The position numbers were made by a program, and so were the translations under genes. A stretch of DNA of 64,000 nt, taken from Octopus sinensis (Eukaryota). The notes below the pieces were generated by a model. The model saw nothing but the letters and a program-made list of their open reading frames with translations. It was not told where the DNA came from and searched no databases. Below, piece by piece: positions 1 through 13,305 of the stretch. How positions within the stretch are numbered: the first letter of the stretch is position 1; each line of letters starts with the position of its first letter. The stretch spans positions 59,768,001 to 59,832,000 of the forward strand of contig NC_042998.1 in the NCBI RefSeq assembly GCF_006345805.1, given 5' to 3'.

Positions 1-349
1 CGTTACTACTTTTAAACATTTTTTCTGTAAGCAGCTGATATTTCTTAATCTAGTGTATGTTTATTCAACCACATTTTATCTTATACGTAAAACATATCAT
101 AAATCAAGTAAACTACCAATCATATATTAACCTTTCTATTATTTTGTTTCACTTTTTCTTTACTCATGACCTTTTGAATCAGAAATATTTTGAAATAATT
201 TTCATAAAGTAATAACCAATTTGTTTCCAGTTGAATACATGAGTTGTGTAGTATTACTCAGATGTCAACAGTTTGCTCTTCATTTTCCTTATTATTAATT
301 CAACAAAAATGTTACATAATGCAACTAGCTAATAATCATTTCAAATGTT

Positions 350-545
350 GGTACAACGCAAGGAATTCTAGGTGAGGAGTTAAAACGATTGCATCAAATT
401 CAGGGCTCAAATGGTACTTATTTTATCGTCCTAGAAAGAAGGAAATGCAAAGTCAACCTCGGCAGAATGTAACCCGGAATATAATGAGGAGACGAAACGC
501 TAGTAAGCATTTTGCCCAACATCTAACAATTCTCTCTACTCACCG
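350..545 (-). mobile_element. Degenerate tRNA-derived SINE fragment (family with GGCGAGCTGG head)
   Basis: Shares the ggtacttattttatcg..gaaag..aaagtcaacctcggc..gaat block with copies at 12245, 39245 and (opposite strand) 51886. Confidence 0.6.
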
Positions 546-2956
546 CATTACATCAAAACAGTGAGTTGGTGTGACAATGAACTTCATAATCCATTGGGTC
601 GTACTTTGTCTCTTGCACTATTTCCTGATAAATAGGAACTGGAGGAGTTCAGGCTGATTCTCTTTTCAATGGAATAAAAAATTGAACTCGTGAAAGCTAA
701 ATAAACACTTGGAAATGTTATATCCCTCAGGCTATTTCAGCGAACAGTTAAGATTTAGTACTTTAAAATAATGGACTGACCATGAAAAATTGAATATTTC
801 AGCCACAGACATTTCAAAGCACCGACGTATCACGGCGCCGAGAACTAGCCTTAATTATTCGGCTGACAAACTATGCATTATCAACTCTAATTACCATCAC
901 TGTTTAACAGCGTATACTAAAAAGACTAATGTCAGTATGTTTAACAGATGACTTATTTAGAAAAGGAACAAAACTTGTTAATTCGCTTTCAAAAATGACA
1001 TAATGAAAATGTCTAATTTATTAGATTTTATTGACTCGTTAATTTTGATTACTTGCGGCATGCAAGAACGTAAGACTTATTGGATTAAATAAGTCAGTTC
1101 ATGGTCAAATTTTTCTCAAAGTTATTGTATATGTAAATGTGGGATTCGAACTGGAAACTGAAGCATATCCTATGATATATTTCTCTACCAAATGGAAGAA
1201 ATCATCAAACCGATAGTCAGAGGGTTTATACGTCAGAACATAAATAGAATGCTGTGACATTTATTCAGTTCCAGAAGGTTATTGTTGCCTAACCAAAGGT
1301 AGCAAAACTGAAACCGACCAAAGAAGCAAACAATGTTCTAGCTTTGAGCGTCCGTTTCTTGTTCATCTTCTTATCTTTTAGATATAGTGTGTCTTGGGTC
1401 ACATTATTGAATTTTTATTTCTTAAGACAATAAAGTATTATTTGAAAGAAATTTACTACTATTTCTTGAATGTTCTGTCACTATGTGTACGTTCCTATTC
1501 TATAAAGTATTTTGAAGTTACGCAAGGTAAGATTTCTTAAATGAGAGTATTAATCCCCAAGTACTTTGCTCTAAATTTCTCACTTCTCAATATTTTAAGC
1601 TGCTTCATGACTCGCACCAAAAATATGCGAGGCGTTATGCTTATTTATAATTGCAAATATCATCATATAAGGTTAAGAAAATTAAAATCATGCGGAGTCG
1701 TATTGTTTTACAATTCAATTATTGACCTTGATTTATATCTCCATAGTTTGATATCTTGATATCTTTAAACTTAATAAAACATTGACGTAACTCTCCTGTT
1801 CCCACCTAAGTGTTTCATTATATCCGCCATACGTATTTTTATCGCAATCTTTTCTATCATTTCTTACCGAATGCTCAATTTTGTTTGAATTTAACGTTTA
1901 TAGGCCTATTACTTTTCCTGTCCAAAATTTCTATTTTATATAATGGAAGGGATGGTCATCATCTATATACCATGGGTCTATGCAATCAGTATGGTTCCAG
2001 GGCTATGCACAACATTAATCCTCTCAGTCCATGAATGTAACCGTATTAGTCACTTCAAACTGACCTTCAAGGAGGTTGTTCAAGACACCAATCTTAGCTA
2101 TCAAATGAAACGTATTTCACCGATTGATATGAGTAAGTGCTTTCTAATGTTCACTTTCCAACATACATTGCATCACAAATATCCCCCTTAAAGGACAATT
2201 GTGATGTAAGTAAAAAGAAAAGGAGGATGGAGAACAAGTTTCGGTGTCGTATTTTTGAGATTTTATTTTCTCTATCAAATATAATAACGTATGCGGTAGA
2301 TGTGGAACGGTACTTTTAAACAACTGGCCCTGAAAAAGTATAAAAACATCATTTCCATTTATTTTATAAAGAAATGCCTGTGTGACTGTATGTGTGGATC
2401 TATGTGTTTGTATGAGTGTATGAATGTGTGTTGGCTGTTTGTTGTGTAAATATGTACGTATAAACTTAAAAAGAACTTTAGTAAGTTATGGCTCCGAGCA
2501 GTAATTTTCTAAAGTTAAAATCACATTTCAGACATCTAGTCTTTGCTAATAAAATCGATATTTTTTTAAGGCGACCAGATACTAAAGTTTATGTAACATA
2601 GGTAGATTTGGTATGGGTCGTTACTTAGAGTAATCTTACTTGGAACCTCAGAGTCTTCCAAACTTGGTACATTACGTATAATATATTAAATTAGTGGTCT
2701 TTCTTTTTCGTAATTTGGCTTGCAAGATTCTTGATGTGAAAGAATCTTAGAAGAATCGTTTTGCCAACAGTAAATTCATGCAGTAGTTCTGTTTTACTTT
2801 ATTATTATTATTATCATTATTATTATTATTATTAGTCAATTATTTAAGTATTTGATGAATTACCTAATTGCTTATGTGACTTATACTTAAAGAAGTAAAA
2901 TAGAAACATGCTGTGAGATATTATTGGCATTATGACTTTCATACGATAAAAAAAGT

Positions 2957-3160
2957 GAAAGCACATGGCCTAGTGGTTAGAGCAGCGAACTCGCGGTCGA
3001 GGGATCGTGGATTAGAATCTCAGACCGGGCGATGTGTGTGTTTATGAGCGAAACACCTGAGCTCCAAGCGGCTCCGGCAGAAGGTAATCGCGAACTTCTG
3101 CTGACTCTTCCACCACAACTTTCTCTCACTCTTTCCTCCTGCACCTTGCAGCTCACCTAC
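2957..3160 (+). mobile_element. tRNA-derived SINE, 5' portion
   Basis: tRNA-like head with A box TGGCCTAGTGG and degenerate B box (ggattagaatc); truncated where the LINE begins. Confidence 0.65.
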
Positions 3161-3164
3161 AAGG

Positions 3165-5268
3165 TCTTGCGCAACTCAACACCTTGTTAAATGCCGACCA
3201 AGTAACACCAGAGTGGTTGACATTGGGTAGGAAAGTGCTGTGCCTGAAAAACATCGGAAAAGGCAATACGGTAGACAATTACAGGCCGATATCCTATTTG
3301 CCACTTATGTGGAAGTTACTGACTGAAATACTCGCAGAATCAATGTACGAACATCTGGAAAAAATCGAGTCCTGCCACATGAGCAGAAGGGTTGCAACCG
3401 TAAATGCAGGAGTACCAAGGATAAACTGATAGACAAAAGTGTACTCAGAGACTGCAAGAGGAGGAAAAGTAACTTAGCCATGTCGTGAATCGACTATCGT
3501 AAGGTGTGCCATATGATCCCACATTCTTGGATTATGGAGTGTATGAACCTATTTGGTATTGCATCGAATGTTGAGCGATTGCTTGGAAAAAGTATGGCGA
3601 ATTGGAGGACGGACCTGACAGCATACTGAAGAAGTTTAGGGACAGTAGAAATTAGGAGGGGCATCTTCCAAGGGAACTGCTTGTCCTCTTTGTACTGTGC
3701 TTGATACCACTAACACTGATTCTGAGGAAAGCAAAAGCTGGGTATGTATTCAAAATCCGCCAACAAAGAGTCAACCATTTGTTATTCATGGATGACCTCA
3801 AACTTTATGGTAAAAATGAAGCCCAAGTCAGTTTCCTCGTTGATACGGTGTATACCTTCTGTGCTGATATCAGAATTGAGTTCGGACTGAGAAATTGTGG
3901 TGTGTTAGTCTTCAAGGGAGGCAAAATCAAATGTATTTACGGGTTAACGATACTGTCAGGGGAGGCTATGAAGCAGATAGAAGAGACGGACTATAAGTAC
4001 TTGGGGATTTGGAAATGGATAAATTGATGGAGAAAGAAATGACAGAAAAATTTAAGGTAGAGTGCTTGCGCAGATTGAGACTGATACTTAAGTCTAAATT
4101 AAACAGACGGGATAAGACCGAAGCTATCAACACCTGGGCGGTTTCATTCCTTAGATATGGAGCAGGGTTAATCGCATGGACAGTAGACGAACTAAACAGC
4201 TTAGACAAGACGTTGCTAACTAGATATAAGTCACTCCACCCAAAAGGTGACACAAAGAGTTTGTATGTACCAAGAAAGAGGGGGAAGAGGATTTATAGGA
4301 TGCGAACACATCATCAGAGCAGTAGAAAACAACATAGAATGGTATGTAAAAAATGCCACAGGACCACTATTATTAGAAGTATGAAGGTCAGGCTTGTGTA
4401 GAATGAAAGACTGCAAAGATAAAGCACTATACAAGAAATTGGAAACGAATGAAACTGAAAATAGGTGGGTAAAGAAAAGAATGCACGGTTAATTTCATAG
4501 AGATGTTGAAGATAAGACAGACAGATATAAAAGATGGTTGTGGATGACTAAAAGTAATTTAAAACCGGAAAGAGGGCTCTAATCTGAGCTGCCCAAGAGC
4601 AAACAACATAAAATACAGAATAGACAACACAGCAGAAAGTGATAAGTGCAGAATCTGTGGACAAAATGGTGAAACCGTATGGTATATTACCAGCCAATGT
4701 ACGTCACTAGCCTAGAAGGAATATAAGAGATTCCAAGACAATAAAGCAAGGTTTATCCATTGGAAACTTTTCAAAAAGTATGGAGATGACAGTGCAAAAA
4801 TTGGTACGACCACAAACTCGAAGGCATATTCGAAAATAGAAATGCAAAGATCCTATGGGATTTTATGATTCATTGTGACCATGAGATTGAGAATAGGAAG
4901 ACAGCCATAGTCTTAATTGAAAATGAATGCAAACCATGCTGGATCATAGATAGAGCATGCCTAGCTGACAACAAGGTATGCGTTAAGGAAGAAAGAAAAT
5001 TTGAGAGATATGACAAGTTAGCTTGGGAAGCTTAGCAGTTTTGGTCGACGAAAAAGGTAGCAATACTACCAATAATTGTCGGAGCCCTGCGAACAGTGAG
5101 CAAAATCTCGAGAAGTATGTGGAACAAATAGGGACTGCAATAAGGTTGTAGCACTTGCAGAAAACAGCACTGCTTGGAACCGCTCGAATATTCTGGAAGG
5201 TGCTCGAAAAATAAGAGGTGTTACCTTAGTTCACTGGTAGTGAACAGCTGACACTGTAGTACATCTCC
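3165..5268 (+). mobile_element. 5'-truncated non-LTR retrotransposon, R4/Dong-like (RT + Cys/His knuckle + restriction-like endonuclease), decayed
   Basis: RT motifs [33 protein letters not shown]; then CRICGQNGETV..C knuckle region (about 4645-4700) and KILWDF..IVLI..CWII RLE region (about 4845-4970); many stops and frameshifts. Confidence 0.85.
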
Positions 5269-6185
5269 ATTGATGGCTCAAATTTATACCACTTTGACTT
5301 TCCAGAGAAATTATATTCCAACATTTCACAAGTCATATATCTTTTCAAAATTTCCGCTAACTCTTTTTCTAGACACCATGTGTTTGAGTAAAGTTTATTA
5401 ATATAAAATTATTTAGAAAATATTTATTAACTTCTTAGAATTTTCTGTCATAAAATCCTCGGTTTTCGAAATTTGACAGATGAAAACACATGTTCAAAAA
5501 TACATCAAATTTATTTCTGGAAGATACATTAAACAGAAATTGCAAAGATTGGCCTTTGTCATTACAAATACAGGTATGTGATAGAAAACGGAAAGAAAAG
5601 ACAGATAAGCATGAAAGGAAATATATTGCGGATGAGTATTGTGCATTTTATTTTTTCTATGTATGAATAATGAAAATTTGCACACAAAACAGTTTTACAG
5701 TAAGGTAAATATGCGTATAACATTTATATATTTGTATACAAACGTAGAATGGCACTAGTTGTAATATTTTATATTAGAGAAATTTCTATTTAGAGACTTT
5801 GTGTACCGATGTCAAATCTTCCTTAGTATGAGTCTACTGGATCATCAAATCCTGATATTTCGACCTTATTCTGCCTCTTCAGTAACGGACATGCCAAATG
5901 TTTAAGTCGATATCTTCATTCCGAATAGAAATTAGAAAAAAAGACATTCATTGATTTCTTGAAAAGCTAGCCTGTCCAGGCTATAATGAATCAATACATC
6001 AACAAGAAACTGCAGTAGTTTAAAATCGAAATGTTTAAAAGATTTATAATGTTTATACAGAAATAGAACAGTGAGACAGTGTTTGACGATCCACCGACGA
6101 CATTCTGAGTGAGGTTTATGCTTTCATTACACAAAATTTCGTAAGAGGAGATTTTATGTGAATACACACACATACACACACAGAT

Positions 6186-6217
<32 letters not shown>

Positions 6218-6678
6218 ATATATATATATAATATGTGTGTGTGTATATATATATGTACATTAGTGGCGAGCAGTGAGAATGACCACGCAACAATGCATTG
6301 GAAGCTATATTCTTATACACACATATGCACAGGCTCACACACAGACACATATAAAGAGAGAACGCAAATTATAAGAGAGCGATTACTTCGTGACAGAGTG
6401 GATCTCATAAAAAACGTCTATACCCATAATTAAGTGGTGTTAAACCGAGTAAGATAATACCTACCACCAAAAACATGAGTATCGAGTGCGTTTCATAATA
6501 CGATATTTCTCCATTGTATACCATTCATACAAATTTCGTCAATATGAGGCTACGGTGGATGACAATTTCTAAACGTACCACGTAATGGGCTCAAAACTCA
6601 AAACAACCTAACTGGTAACTGAATTCCTCAACAACATACTCAAGTCTTCGCTTATAAAATACTAAGAAAAATAAAATA

Positions 6679-6841
6679 GGAGTGGCTGGTGTGGTAAGTA
6701 CCTTTCTTCCCAACCACATGGTTCCGGCTTCAGTCACACCGCGTGGCACCTTGGGCAAGTGGCTTCTACTACAGCCACGGGCCGACCAAAGCCTTGTGAG
6801 TGGATTTGGTAGACGGAAACTAACAGAAACCAGACGTATGC

Positions 6842-6876
<35 letters not shown>

Positions 6877-7112
6877 ATATATATATATGTACATGTGTGT
6901 ATATGTATTTGTCCCTCCAACATAGCTTGACAACCGATGCTCGTGCGTTTACCTCCCCGTAACTTAGCGGTTCGGCAAAAGACACCGATACAATAAGTAC
7001 TAGGCTTACAAAGAATAAGTCCTGGGGTCGATTTGCTCGACTAAAGGCGGTGATCCAACATGGACACAGTCAAATGACTGAAACAAGCAGAAGAGTGAAA
7101 GAGTAAAGAGTA
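6679..7112 (+). mobile_element. Full-length tRNA-derived SINE (GGAGTGGCTGTGTGGTAAG family) with internal (TA)n
   Basis: tRNA-like head, ggcaccttgggcaag..gccgaccaaagccttgtgagtggatttggtagacggaaac body and gagtaaagag tail; homologous to copies at 11101, 13850 and 43039. Confidence 0.85.
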
Positions 7113-7199
7113 AGGTGTTGTATATGCTTCATCGTAGATAAAAGAGGAAATTCATGAAATAAAAAACGAGAAAATTGACGAAGTGACCAAGACAAACCT

Positions 7200-8900
7200 A
7201 GGTGTGACAGTTGTCCATCTCCATCACCTCTGACACGGGACTCTATAACTACTATAAAATTTACACCAGCAATGCTACAACGACACCTTAAGAATAAACG
7301 TAACTATTCCTCTCCTGGTCTCGATGGTGTTACATACCTACTTCTCAAACGCGGTGGGTACTTTCTTCTAAACCAACTTTCAGTATTCTGTCAATTCTGT
7401 CTTGACAATGGTGTTACTCCAGAGCAGTGGAAAACTGCCAGTGTTATCCCTCTGTTCAAAAAAGGTGACCGCACATGGCATGTCAACTATCGCCCCGTTA
7501 GTCATGCTAGCTGCATCACCAAATTGATGAAATCCTGTGTCAGAGAAACCCTCTGGAACTTCTGGAAGTCTCACATCCTCATCCAGCCGTCACAATTTGG
7601 ATTTATTCCTAACTCCAGCTGCTGTAACCAACTCATCGAGTTTCTTGAGGACATTACCCGAATCACTGATCGCGGAACTTGGGTGGATGTTGTTTACCTG
7701 GACTTTACTAATGCTTTTAATTCTGTGCCACACAAAAGACTTATGGTGAAACTCTCTGCAATGGGTGTAAGAGATGATCTCTATAACTGGTTGAAGTCCT
7801 TCATTATCGGCCGAAAAGAGGTTGTCACAGTTCTAGGACAGCACTCTTCACCCTATGAGATGACATCTGTTCTTGGCCCCCTTTTATTTGTTGAATATGT
7901 TAATGACATAGATGCCAACTGAAAGAATGCCACAGTGCTGAAATATGCAGATAACATCAAGTTGTACCTCGAAATAAAGAAGATAGATCCTGTACACTAT
8001 ATATCTTTATTGCAATCAGACCTGGACACTATGCAGCAGTGGATCATGGACTGGCAACTCAAGCTGGCTGTGGACAAATGTACCACCACGCATTTGGGGA
8101 GGAAAAACCCAGCGTCTACTTACTCCCCCCACAACACTAATCTCAAAACGTCTTCTTGTGAACGTGACCTGGACATTATTGTCGACAACGATTTGTGTTG
8201 GACAAAATACATTGCTAAAATTGCAAAGAAGTCTGAGGGTGTTTTGGCATCACTCACCAAGTCCTTTGTGAGCCGCTCTCCGGCTGTTATATCTATGGTG
8301 CGACCTCACCCGAAATTTGCATCACCGGTCTGGAATCTCTATCTTGTCCAGGATATTAATCGGCTGGAAGCTGTTCAGAGACGTGCAACCAAGAGAATAC
8401 CCTCCATCAGGCATTTGCCATATCCTGAACGCCTTGCCTCCCTGGGCGTGGATGCATTGAAACTCCGACGTCTGGCTGCTGACTTGACAGACACCCATAA
8501 AATTATTTACCATCCTACAAACAATAACTCTGAGTACCTTTTCAAACTCCACCTGTCTAACACCCGTGGACATGTTTATAAAGTCAGAAAACAGCACAGC
8601 TACCATGAATTTCGGAAACATTTTTCCTGCTAAGAGTTGCTGAGGTGTGGAGCAAACTGCCAGCATCAGTTGTTAGTTGTCGGAGTACTGCATCCTTCAA
8701 AACCTCCATGCTTCCTGAGATTCGCCAACACTGCACCTGATTTTCTCCCTTCCATGCACACGCAAGCATGTATCCGACTCATACACTGTTCACTTTCCAG
8801 TCATTCGTACATTACCGCATATGCTTTATACGCACTTTTGACAAGTTGTGGTGCACCTGAGTACTGTATACAATAATTTCATTATTATTATATTATTAAA
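7200..8900 (+). mobile_element. 5'-truncated CR1/L2-type LINE, RT pseudogene
   Basis: SPGLDG, WKTASVIPLFKKGDR..NYRPVS, QFGF, VDVVYLDFTNAFNSVPH, LGPLLF, KYADNIKLY, LEAVQRRATK; in-frame stop at 7920; (ATT)n tail. Confidence 0.9.
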
Positions 8901-9494
8901 TGCCAATGTCAATATAATGGGAAGATTGTATTGTCTGCGAAGGAACCGTAATTCCAGTTGATTAACTGCAGATGTAGTCTACAGAGGTTTTGAAAATAGT
9001 CTGCTTGAATATCATTTATTATTAAAATATTCATTAATAACATGTAGAGTCCTCTTATTTATATTTAAGACATTCGTAACTAGCCAAGTTCTATCTGTAT
9101 ACTAAGGTATTTAGACAACATGTAAATTCTGCATCAAACAACTGTACAAAACCTGTTTGCATAAATTTATGCACAACATGTACAAGCTAAAGCAGAACAG
9201 TTACTCTTATAGCATAAATAATGCTGTAAAGTAGTCTGTACTATGATGAAACCTTTTCCAGCATTCTTTCTGTATCCCTCACCATGTACTTTTAATGAGC
9301 GGTTCAAGCTGCATCAAAGAAGACAAAACTTTACAAAACAAAAAAAGAAACGAGTCGTAAGAACGACTGTGCGAAAAGAGAGGTGACAAATGAATGACTC
9401 CTTTAATACACTGCACGGTCGCTTATAATAAAAGCAAAAAATGATAAATGAGTACAAGTGCCAGTAGGAAAAGAAAGATGACACAACCGTAGAA

Positions 9495-10327
9495 TGTTAA
9501 GAGAAAGGTTTTAATTAGGTGTTAGCATGTATGTGTCTGTGTGTGCGACATAAGTACATATATGATAATAATAGACAGGCCGTTATGCATACATAGTGTG
9601 TATGTGTAGAAACAAGGGTGTATGCGTGTGAGATAAAATACAGAGCATGGAAATAGTCTATAACGGGACGTTAGAAGACCGTTCACACTCAATGATGATA
9701 AATACCAGTTCGTAGTATGTACACAATAGTTGAAATGCTGTAACTAGAAGTTGTAGCGAAGAAGCAGAGCCGGTTGAAACACATGTCGTGTAAGAAGTTG
9801 TGGCTACTATGCCGCTATGGTCACTTGATAAAGGAAGATCTCGCTGGTCGTACTTACTGTTAACCTTGGCGAAGTAATTCACGAACTGTGAGGAGATAGA
9901 ACCTGGCGACGATTGCTGTGTACATAGAGATGAGGTTGGCGACGTTAAGAAGACGGAGGCGACGGAAATGGAGGTCCTGTATACTGCTGGACAAAGAGTT
10001 GATGTTTCTCCGTGTGGGCTGCTGTTGTCTCTGGAACTGGCTGTGTGCTTTGTGGTCAGTGGTTAGACCTTAGAAGTTCTAGAACCAGAGACGAAATACG
10101 GTGTTGAAAACTAGCTTTTTATAGGGTCTAGTCGGCGCAAACGGAGATCCAGAAGAGGCTGTCTCATGTGACCTTATCAGAAGTCTGAGATTGGTTGGGT
10201 TGCACATTGGCGCGTAATAGAGCAAGAGACAAACTGCGACAATACCAGCCATTCAGAGTAGTGGACACAACAGGGTCCAAGCCACCAAAGGCTAGCTGCT
10301 ATCTGCTACGTCCGTACTTATATAACA
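9495..10327 (-). mobile_element. Possible solo LTR
   Basis: Ends TGTTA...TAACA; minus-strand TATAAAA at about 10116-10123 and AATTAAA near the 3' end; more GC-rich than flanks; no clean TSD, PBS or PPT. Confidence 0.4.
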
Positions 10328-10479
10328 GAGAGAGAATTTCATTAAGCGTACGCTAGAGTCAATACAAAAAGAAGGAATAGTATAATAGGGGAGTAGAAGG
10401 GATATTATAATTCCGAGAAAATAGTTGAGCATTGAAGCATGTCTAACTGTCATGCATTTAAATATATATATACATATAC

Positions 10480-10530
<51 letters not shown>

Positions 10531-10537
10531 TATACAT

Positions 10538-10608
<71 letters not shown>

Positions 10609-10609
10609 A

Positions 10610-10643
<34 letters not shown>

Positions 10644-10914
10644 TATATAATTTAGAGACAAAACTACTATTATATATATATTACTCTTTTTACTCTTTTA
10701 CTTGTTTCAGTCATTTGACTGCGGCCATGCTGGAGCACCGCCTTTAGTCGAGCAAATCGACCCCGGGACTTATTCTTTGTAAGCCCAGTACTTATTCTAT
10801 CGGTCTCTTTTACCGAACCGCTAAGTTACGGGGACGTAAACACACCAGCATCGGTTATCAAGCAATGCTAGGGGGACAAACACAGACTCACAAACACACA
10901 CACACATACATATA

Positions 10915-10955
<41 letters not shown>

Positions 10956-10962
10956 TATACAT

Positions 10963-11027
<65 letters not shown>

Positions 11028-11028
11028 A

Positions 11029-11062
<34 letters not shown>

Positions 11063-11340
11063 TATATAATTTAGAGACAAAACTACTATTATATATATAT
11101 TACTCTTTTTACTCTTTTACTTGTTTCAGTCATTTGACTGCGGCCATGCTGGAGCACCGCCTTTAGTCGAGCAAATCGACCCCGGGACTTATTCTTTGTA
11201 AGCCCAGTACTTATTCTATCGGTCTCTTTTACCGAACCGCTAAGTTACGGGGACGTAAACACACCAGCATCGGTTATCAAGCAATGCTAGGGGGACAAAC
11301 ACAGACTCACAAACACACACACACATACATATATATATAT
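10480..11340. repeat. 419-bp tandem duplication (TA microsatellite + SINE 3' half)
   Basis: The block starting at 10682 recurs at 11101; the supplied ORFs at 10865 and 11284 are offset by 419. Confidence 0.9.
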
Positions 11341-11509
11341 ACATATATACGACAGGCTTCTTTCAGTTTCCGTCTACCAAATCCACTCACAAGGCATTGG
11401 TCGACCCGGGGCTATAGTAGAAGACACTTGCCCAAGATGCCACGCAGTAGGACTGAACCCGGAACCATGTGGTTGGTTAGCAAGCTACTTACCACACAGC
11501 CACTCCTGC

Positions 11510-11510
<1 letters not shown>
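11101..11510 (-). mobile_element. Full-length tRNA-derived SINE
   Basis: Reverse complement begins cgcaggagtggctgtgtggtaagtagcttgc..gggttcagtcc; same family as 6679. Confidence 0.9.
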
Positions 11511-11540
<30 letters not shown>

Positions 11541-11982
11541 ACTTAACAGGTTTCACTTATTTGGAAAGATTTTCAAAAGTAGAGTATGAGGCTTTGTGTA
11601 TCCTCTGTGATGAGTCAAAAAATAGTTTACAACAAACATTCAGATCAGGTAATACATTTTTTTACAATGGTAAGAAGATAAGAAATTGCTTACATAAATA
11701 TGTACAAATCAAGTGAGAAGAAGGCAAGAAGAATAAACGTGTCTGGTTTTGCAATCAGTAGGTGCTAAAGTCTCACTGTGATCAAAAACCATAATTGTTT
11801 GCAACATCTTAAATTGAAAAAAAGCAGAGCAGAGAAATATTATATGTATGAGTGTTTGTAGGAGATTTAAACTTAAAAAGACTTTACAAAAACAAAAAAG
11901 TCTAAGAATTTGCATCTATTTGCGATGGATGCATGAATGTAATTTGAGTCCGGGAACGGATTTTACTGTGAAGTCGCCATGG

Positions 11983-12100
11983 GGACATTGATGATTTTGA
12001 TTTTGATGTTGCCTAGAATTGATCAAATGCGTCTATTGGTCCATGTGGACATTGGTGATTTTGATTTTGCCTGGAATTGAGCAAATGTGTCTATTCGTTG
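11983..12100. repeat. Two imperfect tandem copies of an approximately 60-bp unit
   Basis: ggacattg(a/g)tgattttgattttg...gcct(a/g)gaattga(t/g)caaatg(c/t)gtctatt at 11983 and 12047. Confidence 0.7.
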
Positions 12101-12244
12101 CAGTGGATGATTCTTCTATTGTTCTTTTTCATCAGCACAAGTTTTGATGCATCGTCACACATTTTCGCCATGCAGATCGATCTAAGCAATGTCAAGTTAA
12201 TCTGTAGAAATTTTAGTGATTTCTTCAACTAAATTTCAAATTTT

Positions 12245-12412
12245 GGCAGAAGGACAGCAATTTCGGGGCAAGGGGTTAGGTCGTTTACCAGTTTTCAACT
12301 AGTACAAATTTTATCGATCCCGAAAGGATGAAAGGCAAAGTCAACATCGGTGGAATTTCAACTGGAACGTATTTCTCGTGGAGTGGTAACGATTCTGCCA
12401 GATCACCGACCT
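12245..12412 (-). mobile_element. SINE fragment (GGCGAGCTGG family)
   Basis: gaaaggatgaaaggcaaagtcaacatcggtggaatttcaact..aacgattctgccag block. Confidence 0.7.
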
Positions 12413-12418
12413 AATAGC

Positions 12419-12467
<49 letters not shown>

Positions 12468-12486
12468 TAATAATAATAATAATAAT

Positions 12487-12893
12487 GAAGGAAAAAAATG
12501 CTTTCTAATTGATGTATCAGTACCGGCAGATGACAACGTGTCTCTAAAAGAAATGGAGAAACTCTCAAAATACAAAGACCTGGAAATAGAGGTAACTAGA
12601 ATGTGGAATCCGAAAACAGAAACAATTCCTATCATAGTAGGTGCATTAGGCATGATAAAAAATATTCAGACAAATACATAACAAAAACACCAGGACTTAC
12701 AAACACATATAACATACAGAAAATTGCACTCCTAGGCACTGCACACATCCTACGCAGAACACTTTCCATACAATAACCATCAGAGCATCACAACAAATCA
12801 CAGCACATACCCAAGGCACACAGAGCTGCGTTCGGTAGTGAAGTGAAAGCACGCTATAAAAATAAAAATAAAACTACTGAATAATAATAATAA
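12487..12893 (+). mobile_element. Heavily 5'-truncated Dong/R4-like LINE (RLE C-terminus + 3' UTR) inside a TAA array
   Basis: [69 protein letters not shown], stop at 12774-12776, one 1-bp frameshift; TAA repeats on both sides. Confidence 0.85.
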
Positions 12894-12976
12894 CGTGAAC
12901 TTCCAACCTGTTGTCTCTTGAGGTCTCCGGGTGAGACTTGGAGCCAACTTGTACAAATATAAAGCAAAAGTCAAAC

Positions 12977-12978
<2 letters not shown>
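12894..12978 (+). mobile_element. Probable short 3'-end fragment of a second TAA-tailed retroelement
   Basis: 85-bp non-microsatellite insert between two TAA arrays, running directly into (TAA)n; family assignment from recall only. Confidence 0.45.
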
Positions 12979-13024
<46 letters not shown>

Positions 13025-13032
13025 TGATGATG

Positions 13033-13116
<84 letters not shown>

Positions 13117-13118
<2 letters not shown>

Positions 13119-13230
13119 CCTTTCTGTTATAGGCATAAGGGCTGAAATTTCGGGAGAGGACTAATCGATAACACCGACTCCAGTGCTCAACTGGTACTTA
13201 TGTTACCGACTCTGGAGTTGACCCGGCGGC

Positions 13231-13232
<2 letters not shown>
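13117..13232 (-). mobile_element. SINE fragment (GGCGAGCTGG family)
   Basis: ccagtgctcaactggtactta block shared with other copies. Confidence 0.55.

Positions 13233-13305
<73 letters not shown>

Noticed and set aside
5835-5890. Minus-strand CTGAAGA-ggc..gtc-GAAA hammerhead-like core
   Set aside because: Stem II is marginal and no stem I forms after a valid NUH site.
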